Shown here: positions 7,695-15,397 of the stretch, piece by piece
Numbering within the stretch: the first letter of the stretch is position 1
Layout of the letters: each line of letters opens with the position of its first letter
NCBI RefSeq assembly: GCF_008000775.2
Contig: NZ_CP042905.2
Location: forward strand, 3,660,001 to 3,692,000
Direction: 5' to 3'
Length of the DNA: 32,000 bases
Origin: Promethearchaeum syntrophicum
GTDB lineage: Archaea; Asgardarchaeota; Lokiarchaeia; Sigyniarchaeales; Promethearchaeaceae
Position numbers and translations under genes: made by a program
Notes under the pieces: model-generated
What the model was told of the DNA's origin: nothing
Database searches by the model: none
The model's input: the letters and a program-made list of their open reading frames with translations, nothing else

Positions 7695-10600
7695 TTAATC
7701 TCGTGGAATAAATAATGCGTCTTCTAACGTTTCAGCATATTGTTCATTAATCAAAGCATTATCGTGATCACCATTTGCTCTTAATTTAGCTGATTCTGCT
7801 TTATAATCTTGGATAATTTTTTCAAGATTTGGAATTTTTCTAAACAGTGCTTCAATTTTTAAGGATAATTTAATTGCATTTTCAGCATCCCCAACTTGAC
7901 AATATGTGTTTAGAGCCTGCTGATAAACAACTAAGCAATTGACATAATCTTCCTTTTCTTCTGCTTCTTTGGCATATTCTAAATATTGTTGTGTTTTTAA
8001 TTTTAATTCAGAAATTCGTGTAGCAGTTTCTTGTATATAAACTTCATTACTATCCTCTATAACATCTTGAATTTCATCCAAAACGAAATGATATTTTTTT
8101 ATATTTTCCGATTCAGATACTTGCCCAAATTTAAAGAGAAAATTTGAAATTATAAGTAATTTTGTTGTTAGTTCATTCCTTAATACCATATCTTGAGATT
8201 TTTGTGCTTTTTTCCATTTGGATAATAATTTCTTACGCTGGTTAACTAAATGATCTTTAGTTAGGAAATCTTCAGCAGTAGGAACTTGTTTAGTCTGCTT
8301 TTTGATTTCCGCAACCTTCTTGGTAAACTCTTTAATTAAAATTTCAACATCTAGGAAACCTAATTTAAATAAATTATGTGCTGCGTCAAGGACTTTTCCA
8401 TATTCGGCTAATGCATTATTGAAATCTTTCATTTTTTCATATTTTTTTCCTTGTTTTTGGGATTGCTTAATTGTTGTTCGATATTTATCCACCGTTGTAG
8501 TAATAACAAGATTTCCATATTTTTTACCAGAAGAATCCATATTCCATTGGTATGAAATGATTTCAGCTATTTCATAAAATCTAATACTATTATTGAAATC
8601 TTGCTCTTTTAATGCACTTCTGGCTTGTTTATCAAGACTTTTAATTTCCTTTTTAGCTTCTTTTATATCTTTGAATTTTTTTGCAGTAATTGTTTCCCCA
8701 GATATTTCAGTTGTTATGGTGATACTCTGCATTAAGGAACTTAAAATTACTTCTCTTTCTGCTGAAGAAAGAACTAACAATTCCTTCAATAAATCTTGTT
8801 TTTCTTGATCGGTTTTATTCGGAACCACTGAAACTCTTTCAGCTAATGTTCGAATTTCCTGATCGCTCAATTCTTGTTCTTCAAGTTTCTCGATTTTTAT
8901 GGGAATTAAAACTTTGCATTCAAGCAAATCATTGATAGCTAGAACAATTTCAGCAGATTCTTTTTTGGTTTGTTCAATAGAATCTGCAAGCAATTGGGCA
9001 AGAAATAGAAATTTTCTGTCTTCCGAAACCAGCCCTCGAGCAATCGATAGAATTTGTTTACAAAAGGAATTTCTTAAATTCTTTTCCAATTTTGAGTCTA
9101 CAGTTATTTCATGTGGAAGGATAACTGAAGTATGCAAAACCTCATCGATTAAATCCGGTGTATCTTGGAATATATTTAATTGTCCTTTCCACATTTGTAA
9201 CGTTAATTGGTAGTGTGCTTCAAATTTTGCAATAAATTTAGCAAGATTTCTTTTCATATACGGAGATGCAGGTTTACCTAAAACAAGAGTAACCCTAATA
9301 TAATCCCCATCAGAAAAGAGTAAAACCTTATCTCCATAGGATAATTCATTTAAGCTTTTATGGGTTTTTAGCTCTTTCCCAAAAGACTGAACAGCAGTTA
9401 AAAATCCACTAATTAAATCTGGATCGAGCATTTCGTCCGCAAATGATTTGAAAAATATGCTGGTTCCTGTATTTTTATAGATAATCATCAAATGTTGTAA
9501 ATTAATAGCGTCATCAAAGATAGTTGCTGATGACATTATCATATCGGTGTACTTTAATTTGCGAGGTGCAATTATTTTCTTTTGAACAAGCACTGCAGAT
9601 CCAATTGCTAAAGCAAAAATTCCAATAGCCCAGATAGCCCAAGGAGGGAGAATAATAGGTTTAGTTACTATAATTGATACCTCATATGAATCTTCAGCAA
9701 TTCCAACTTGTGAACCGTCATATTCAATTATAATTTGTAAACTTTCAAAATTTCCTGTTGGTACTTGGAACCTGAAGGTCACATTACCTGAAGAATCTGT
9801 TGTCGCAAAAATTGGGATAAATTCAGAATTGTTGGTACTTAATTTGATTTGAGCGAATGCTAGAGGCACTTGGGAAGTCCCATTTGGATATGTAAGTGTA
9901 AAAGTTAGATTAACATAAGCCCCTTCTTCTATAGATTCAGGTAGATATTGGGTAAATGTAATAATCACTTCAGGAATTACACTTATATTAAATGTTAAAA
10001 AAGAATCATGATAGGTGTCCGAAGAAAAGTCTACTGTAATTATATAACTTCCAATTTCTAGATCACTAGAATTTAATTCCCAATAATAAATTCCATTTGA
10101 TTCCCAATTTGCATCATAATCGTTTCCATTAAAATGCAATAAAGAAATAGAAGCTCCACTAATTCTTTGATTATTTATCGTATCATTATAAAGTATGCCA
10201 ATTTCTAAATTATGAGATTCATAAACAGAATAATTACCACTGGTTTCAATAACGGTGATCAAATCTTGTTGAATCGAATCTATTACTGCTTCGGTAATTG
10301 CATCATTTATAGTTAAATTAAATGAATAGGTTGCATTTTCATAATTAAACAGAGAGGTTATTATTGTTATATTATGAATATCAGATGATAAACTCGGGAG
10401 AGTAATATTTCCAATATTTTTTCCCAAACCGATATTCCATGCAATAGATTGAGAAACCGAATTCCCATCAATGAATACATAATAAGTGAAAAGACCATCA
10501 TCATTATAATTTAAAGTTGTCATGATTACTTCTGTATCCACAAAATCAAAAGAGATCTGTAATTGTGGGTTATGCTGATAGAGAGAAAAATTATGTGCGG

Positions 10601-13232
10601 AAACTTCTAATAAAGTATGATCTATTAATTCAACATTTTGAATCTCAGTGGAATTTCCTTCAACATAAAATGGAACTTCTAATGTGCTATAATCATAATT
10701 TGGGGCATGAGATATATTCAGAATTACGCTTTTATCACCATAATCTAACCCATTAAGACTTATATTCACCCAATACTCCCCGTCACTAATTTCAATCATT
10801 TTATAATTCCAATCACCAGTATCCCATGTTGTTGACGGATTAGAACCATTATATACTGTCAACGCGGAATGTGGAACACCTGTAAGATCTTGAGAATTAC
10901 TCGTGTCAGTAATGTGAATTCTAATAGTTGCATTTAAACCACTTGCTCTGGAAATGGTTTCATTAACGCTAATAAAAGTGATTTGGGTTTGAGCTAAAGT
11001 GACTGTAATATTAAAATCAAAAATTTGCGTTTTAAAATCAGTATATGTAATTGAAAAATTACAAAGATATTCACCGACATCTAGTTGGGAAGTATTGAGG
11101 TTAATTGAATAATTCCCACCAGTAAGATCTTCAAAACCCCATTCTATGTTAGGATTTAAAGTTTTTTCTAATATATTAGCTCCAATTATAGGATTATCGT
11201 TAATTTCTGTGTAATTCAGATAATAAGATGCATTGTGACCTTTAATAACATCTAAAGTAGAATTTGCAGTTAGTTCTTGTAATTTTGTATCAGAAACGAT
11301 ATAGAAATTATAGTCGAATGTGTAATTCATATAGTCTGTTTTATTTATTGTAATAGGAATAATTTTAAGCCCATTTGCAAGAAAGTCTGAAGGAGATATT
11401 GTTATATTGTAAGTTTCATCAGCATTATTTTGAACTTGACTTTGCCAACCATCACCTAAATTAAGATTATACCCGATCGTTGCCCCTGTTATATTATCTA
11501 AATTAAATTCATCAAAATATTCTAACGTAATATTAAAAGCGTTTGAATTGTCCAATATTTCAGTTTCATTAGTATTTTGAATAGAATAAGTTGTTTCTCC
11601 TGCTATTGTAATAAATGAATCGATGATAGCAATATCTGTTGCATTATTCCATGTAACTTGTACTTTATGATCGCCATATGTAGTTAAATTCTCAGAAATG
11701 ACCCAATTATTTAGAGATACAAATGAAGAATCAACCACTGATGTTAATTTTGAGAACACCAGTTCCTTATTAAAGGAATTATTATATACACTAAGGTTTA
11801 CATTTCCAGTTACAGGTTTTGAGAAAGTTGCATTAAATTCAAGTGTTTCATTGGAATAAACAATTCCGGTTTCCTTTCCTCCAACTCCAATTTTTACATC
11901 AGTTAATAGATTTGTTGAGTTAGAATACAAAATCCAATTTCCATCGGTCGCTTTAGTATCATAAACACTGACAATTTTTGATGACCCATTTAGAAATGTG
12001 TTATCTATCGCTTTTGATATGGAATCATTTTTCAAATCATAGGCAGTCCAGCTTGCGGGAATGGTAAAATTCAACGTGTTATTATTCAATCGGTGATCGA
12101 ATGCAGTAAAATTGGCTTCGGATTCCCAATAAACGTCAGAACCGCTTTCAACCGTATAAGTAGTATTTGCAATCATGGATTTAGTATAATTTACTTGAGT
12201 ACTATTAACTTCAAGGGCAAAATTATACCAATCAGCTTCAAATACATAATTTAATAGATTATTAATTCCAGCATCACCAGATTCATTCCAAAATCCTGAA
12301 TTATTAGTCGGAATGTTAGGATTATCATAAACAAGAGTATTATTGATTTTAAGACGTATTTCAGAAGGAGTTGTGTACGTTTTATTTAAGCTTAGTCCAA
12401 TTCTAGCTCCATAATCAAGACCGAGTTGGCTACTCCATCCACTTCCACCTTGTTGTGTCAATGCTATTGAGTTATTTCCATCTCCACCACTATCACTTCG
12501 ATAAAACCAATCACCTCTGAAAGTACTTTGATCTGGTAACTTATATAACCCAATAAACCAGTTATTATTGTAAGTTTTTGAACTGTCTAAAAAGGTTGTA
12601 GAATTTAGTTGAAAAGTTGAATTACTCCATTGTTGATCAGTATCATTTACAAAAATGCTACCAATTGTAGGTGCCGATGCGATGCTATAATTAGGTAATA
12701 ATTGATTAGATGAATTAAAAAGAACAACCCCTAAATTGCCATCATTCCATCCAAGTTGTTTTTTAACAAAAAAACTAGCATTTTTAATATAACAACTTGT
12801 GGGAGTGGTAAAAGAGGTAACATAAATAAGATCATCAATATATTGAGAACCAGCTTGGGTTTCTTCAATAGTTAATGTATGATTACTAATTGCAATATTA
12901 TTGATGCTTAGATCAACATAAGATGAATTAAAATCTGTTGCATTAGGTGCTGGTACTGTAAATGAATTAGAGATTTCATCAATGGTAATTACAGTAGAAT
13001 TATGATAAGCTTGGTGTATCGTAAGATTAATGTTGTTAGTTTGTCCTGATGAGTTTGCTGCGTAATCTTGTAATTTGGGAATATCATTAAATGGATTATT
13101 AGTAGTTTCTTGGCCATCATTTTTTATAAAACTATAGTTGAGGAGAGGACCAATTATAAACATGCAGAGAAATATAATGGTGATAACAATCTGCAATTTT
13201 TTGATTTCTTTTTTAAACGTTTTTTTAATCAT
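7695..13232 (-). CDS. giant type-I-like transmembrane protein: N-terminal signal anchor, ~1160-aa sequon-rich ectodomain, TM helix, ~630-aa cytoplasmic region (Roadblock/longin-like module + helical TPR/MIT-like repeats)
   Basis: ORF track gives 1851 aa from TTG 13250; I prefer ATG 13232 (MIKKTFKKEIKK..., parallel to the paralog start MFMKKK). Anchor: LQIVITIIFLCMFIIGPLL. Second TM: ILPPWAIWAIGIFALAIGSAVLV, about 9585-9665. The cytoplasmic part begins SSATIFDDAINLQHLMIIYKNTGTSIFFKSF..DPDLISGFLTAVQSFGKEL...LSYGDKVLLFSDGDYIRVTLVLGK... Confidence 0.85.
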   Translation of the reverse strand: MIKKTFKKEIKKLQIVITIIFLCMFIIGPLLNYSFIKNDGQETTNNPFNDIPKLQDYAANSSGQTNNINLTIHQAYHNSTVITIDEISNSFTVPAPNATDFNSSYVDLSINNIAISNHTLTIEETQAGSQYIDDLIYVTSFTTPTSCYIKNASFFVKKQLGWNDGNLGVVLFNSSNQLLPNYSIASAPTIGSIFVNDTDQQWSNSTFQLNSTTFLDSSKTYNNNWFIGLYKLPDQSTFRGDWFYRSDSGGDGNNSIALTQQGGSGWSSQLGLDYGARIGLSLNKTYTTPSEIRLKINNTLVYDNPNIPTNNSGFWNESGDAGINNLLNYVFEADWYNFALEVNSTQVNYTKSMIANTTYTVESGSDVYWESEANFTAFDHRLNNNTLNFTIPASWTAYDLKNDSISKAIDNTFLNGSSKIVSVYDTKATDGNWILYSNSTNLLTDVKIGVGGKETGIVYSNETLEFNATFSKPVTGNVNLSVYNNSFNKELVFSKLTSVVDSSFVSLNNWVISENLTTYGDHKVQVTWNNATDIAIIDSFITIAGETTYSIQNTNETEILDNSNAFNITLEYFDEFNLDNITGATIGYNLNLGDGWQSQVQNNADETYNITISPSDFLANGLKIIPITINKTDYMNYTFDYNFYIVSDTKLQELTANSTLDVIKGHNASYYLNYTEINDNPIIGANILEKTLNPNIEWGFEDLTGGNYSINLNTSQLDVGEYLCNFSITYTDFKTQIFDFNITVTLAQTQITFISVNETISRASGLNATIRIHITDTSNSQDLTGVPHSALTVYNGSNPSTTWDTGDWNYKMIEISDGEYWVNISLNGLDYGDKSVILNISHAPNYDYSTLEVPFYVEGNSTEIQNVELIDHTLLEVSAHNFSLYQHNPQLQISFDFVDTEVIMTTLNYNDDGLFTYYVFIDGNSVSQSIAWNIGLGKNIGNITLPSLSSDIHNITIITSLFNYENATYSFNLTINDAITEAVIDSIQQDLITVIETSGNYSVYESHNLEIGILYNDTINNQRISGASISLLHFNGNDYDANWESNGIYYWELNSSDLEIGSYIITVDFSSDTYHDSFLTFNISVIPEVIITFTQYLPESIEEGAYVNLTFTLTYPNGTSQVPLAFAQIKLSTNNSEFIPIFATTDSSGNVTFRFQVPTGNFESLQIIIEYDGSQVGIAEDSYEVSIIVTKPIILPPWAIWAIGIFALAIGSAVLVQKKIIAPRKLKYTDMIMSSATIFDDAINLQHLMIIYKNTGTSIFFKSFADEMLDPDLISGFLTAVQSFGKELKTHKSLNELSYGDKVLLFSDGDYIRVTLVLGKPASPYMKRNLAKFIAKFEAHYQLTLQMWKGQLNIFQDTPDLIDEVLHTSVILPHEITVDSKLEKNLRNSFCKQILSIARGLVSEDRKFLFLAQLLADSIEQTKKESAEIVLAINDLLECKVLIPIKIEKLEEQELSDQEIRTLAERVSVVPNKTDQEKQDLLKELLVLSSAEREVILSSLMQSITITTEISGETITAKKFKDIKEAKKEIKSLDKQARSALKEQDFNNSIRFYEIAEIISYQWNMDSSGKKYGNLVITTTVDKYRTTIKQSQKQGKKYEKMKDFNNALAEYGKVLDAAHNLFKLGFLDVEILIKEFTKKVAEIKKQTKQVPTAEDFLTKDHLVNQRKKLLSKWKKAQKSQDMVLRNELTTKLLIISNFLFKFGQVSESENIKKYHFVLDEIQDVIEDSNEVYIQETATRISELKLKTQQYLEYAKEAEEKEDYVNCLVVYQQALNTYCQVGDAENAIKLSLKIEALFRKIPNLEKIIQDYKAESAKLRANGDHDNALINEQYAETLEDALFIPRD
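11932..12233 (-). repeat. partner copy of the 302-bp near-identical block at 6270..6571
   Basis: See 6270..6571. It encodes the shared peptide (A/S)DWYNFALEVNSTQVNYTKSMIANTTYTVESGSDVYWESEANFTAFDHRLNNNTLNFTIPASWTAYDLKNDSISKAIDNTFLNGSSKIVSVYDTKATDGNWILYS. Confidence 0.9.
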
Positions 13233-13470
13233 AGTAGATTTCACTTCCAAAGAGCTCGATGTTCAAATGGCGAACTCTTAAAATATTCTATAATAATATT
13301 TCTTTTCAAAAATCATATATATTTTTTGTAAGGAGAGGTAATTGATATAAAAGAAATTCGATGCTATAAAAATGTGGTGCAAAAAAAAACCAAATCTTAA
13401 AATAATGAAAATGTCAAATGAGTCTAAAAATAAAAATAGAGCACTTTTAAAATTCAAAAGGATTATCATT

Positions 13471-13480
13471 AAAAAAAAAA
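13471..13480 (-). terminator. oligo-T (T10) tract immediately after the acdB-like stop codon
   Basis: A10 on the plus strand abuts the stop at 13481-13483 (minus). Confidence 0.5.
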
Positions 13481-14191
13481 TTAGAATTTTAAAATAATAC
13501 GAGCATCAACGGCTTTTAATCCGTCTTTGTAAATAAAAATTGGATTCAAATCCATTTCTGAGATTTCTTCGTGCTTGTATGCCAAATCTGCAATTTTTAT
13601 CAAGAGTTTTTTCAGAGATTCTAAATCTGCCTTATCATTTCCGCGGTATCCATCTAAAATCTTGAACCCTTTTATTTCATGAATCATTTCATCAGCATCA
13701 AATTCAGATATTGGGGCAATTCGAAAAGAAACATCTTTCATAATTTCAACTAAAACGCCACCGATCCCAAACATAACGGTTGCACCAAACTGAGGGTCCT
13801 GTAAAGATCCTACAATAATCTCTGTTATTGGTTTTGGTGCCATTTCTTGAATAGATATTGCTTTTAGCGGATCATTATCACAATCAATTTTCATTAATTC
13901 ATCATAAGCTTGTTTAGCAGATTCATTATCAGAAATATTCAATTTCACAGCCCCCGAGTCTGATTTATGTACTATTTTATCACTCATCAATTTCATAACT
14001 ATAGGAAAACCAGTATTTTTACAAGCATTTAAAACAGCCTTTTCTCCCTCTTTTGCAGGAACTAACACTTGTTTAGGAATTGGAATATCAATTACTTCTA
14101 AAAGTTCTTTAGATTCAAATTCTGTTAAAATTTTACGATTTGCTTTTTTTGCCTTAGAAATTATTTCATCAACGGTTGGCATAAGCTTCAT
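13481..14191 (-). CDS. acdB: acetate--CoA ligase (ADP-forming) beta subunit / ATP-grasp (ATP-grasp_5) domain protein
   Basis: ORF track, 236 aa. LTEFESKELL..IPIPK, PIVMKL.S..I.HKSD.GAVKLNI, EIIVG...DPQFG..VMFG.GGV.VE...DV.FR.AP, DGYRG. This is the typical layout of archaeal ACD beta/succinyl-CoA-ligase-like ATP-grasp domains. No alpha subunit is present in the window. Confidence 0.8.
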   Translation of the reverse strand: MKLMPTVDEIISKAKKANRKILTEFESKELLEVIDIPIPKQVLVPAKEGEKAVLNACKNTGFPIVMKLMSDKIVHKSDSGAVKLNISDNESAKQAYDELMKIDCDNDPLKAISIQEMAPKPITEIIVGSLQDPQFGATVMFGIGGVLVEIMKDVSFRIAPISEFDADEMIHEIKGFKILDGYRGNDKADLESLKKLLIKIADLAYKHEEISEMDLNPIFIYKDGLKAVDARIILKF

Positions 14192-14277
14192 TAGAAATAA
14201 TCGAAAAAAAAAGTTACTTTTTCTTATTTTAAAAAACAGTGAAAAATTACTTTTAAAATATAGAAGGAATTTGAGTC

Positions 14278-15309
14278 TTACTTGCTAGCTTGTTTGAAAA
14301 ATAACTCAATTCCAATCATGTTAAAAGCATCCCTTACATTTTCACCGGATTTAGCGGATGATTCTAAAAAGGAACAACGCAATATTGAGCCTAACACGCT
14401 CCCTTCATTAGTTGAAACCACTCGAGACTCATTTAAGTCGATCTTATTTCCGAGCAATATTATTGGAATATCCGGTAAAACGGCTCTAATATCCTTGATC
14501 CAATTCGAAACAGATTCGAAGGTTTTACGATTAGTGATGTCATATGCAATAAAAGCTGCGTTTGCTCCGCGATAATATGCTTTTCGCACTCGTTGAAAAA
14601 ATTTTTGACCCGCCAAGTCCCAGATCATAAAATTCAGAATCTTATCTTCAAATCCCTGAATGTAATATTCTTGATTAGTAATTGAAATCCCCAAAGTAGG
14701 TTTGTATTCAGAATAAAACTGATTGGTTACAAATCTATTTATTAAAGTGGTTTTCCCAACACTAGGGTCTCCTAAAACAATTAATTTAAATCTAAGATTT
14801 CTCTTTTTCTTCAATTCATTTCTTATTTGATCTTCATTTACTTTCAAATCTTTGATTTTTTTAGCTGACAGTGAAAGTTCGGGACCTAATTGAAGATTTG
14901 GAACATTTAGAGAGATATTTTGTGTTTCCCCTTCAAGTATTTTCGATATTTTCTCAGCGATTAGGAAACTATAAGGTAATACATTATTCATCTCGACATC
15001 ATAGCGAAATACTGATAATAAGATAGCTTCAGTACCAGCTTCAAGAAAAATTAAACGGTAATCTTCAACATCAAAAGTGCCAATTCCATATGATCCTGCA
15101 TACTCTTTAGTTATTCGTTTTAAAGTAGTTTCCACTATCCCGGCAATTGCCCCATAAATTTCTTCAATATTTCTCTCTTCTTCTGGGGGAGTTTTCTTTT
15201 GTAATAATAATCCATCTCTGTTAAAAATGTAGACAGCTTCAATATATTCTTTGGTAACTACAAAATAATTATCCAATAAAATATCAAGCTGCTCATTAAT
15301 ATTTGCCAT
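14278..15309 (-). CDS. Roadblock/LC7 (MglB-like) domain fused to a Rab/Ras-like small GTPase
   Basis: ORF track, 343 aa. C-terminal half carries G1 GDPSVGKT, G2 PTLG, G3 WDLAGQ, G4 NKID, G5 SAK, and the Rab-like stretch YYRGANAAFIAYDITNRKTFESVSNWIKDI. The N-terminal ~125 aa has a Roadblock-like alpha-beta-beta-alpha-beta-beta-beta-alpha pattern (IEAVYIFNRDGLLL ... IAGIVETTLKRI ... YRLIFLEAGTEAILLSVF). There is no C-terminal Cys prenylation motif. Confidence 0.9.
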   Translation of the reverse strand: MANINEQLDILLDNYFVVTKEYIEAVYIFNRDGLLLQKKTPPEEERNIEEIYGAIAGIVETTLKRITKEYAGSYGIGTFDVEDYRLIFLEAGTEAILLSVFRYDVEMNNVLPYSFLIAEKISKILEGETQNISLNVPNLQLGPELSLSAKKIKDLKVNEDQIRNELKKKRNLRFKLIVLGDPSVGKTTLINRFVTNQFYSEYKPTLGISITNQEYYIQGFEDKILNFMIWDLAGQKFFQRVRKAYYRGANAAFIAYDITNRKTFESVSNWIKDIRAVLPDIPIILLGNKIDLNESRVVSTNEGSVLGSILRCSFLESSAKSGENVRDAFNMIGIELFFKQASK

Positions 15310-15369
15310 AACTTAATTTAATAAGGCAATTTGATCCCAAAAAGGTTTTTACTGTAGTAGGAAAAAGTT

Positions 15370-15382
15370 AAAAAAAAAAAAA
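15370..15382 (-). terminator. oligo-T (T13) tract 16 nt downstream of the ATPase stop
   Basis: A13 on the plus strand. The ATPase stop TAG is at 15398-15400 (minus). Confidence 0.55.
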
Positions 15383-15397
15383 TTGTTATTAATGTTT

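Noticed and set aside
8302-9213. Plus-strand ORFs 8302, 8593 and 8899 (71-104 aa) and 10565 inside the giant gene
   Set aside because: They are antisense to an 1851-codon ORF and have low-complexity composition.
13251-13278. GTTCAAAT (T-loop-like) sequence within an imperfect inverted repeat agagctcg...cgaactct; considered as a tRNA fragment or att copy of tRNA-Thr
   Set aside because: The flanks do not form a T stem or any cloverleaf. Only about 12 nt resemble the tRNA-Thr T arm, and the 8-bp stem has a mismatch. It could be a 5'-UTR hairpin of the giant gene, but the evidence is too thin.
13110-13469. ORFs 13110..13331 (+) and 13278..13469 (-) in the region upstream of the giant gene
   Set aside because: They are extremely AT-rich, with Phe/Ile/Lys-dominated low-complexity translations and no motifs. 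This is more likely a promoter or spacer region.
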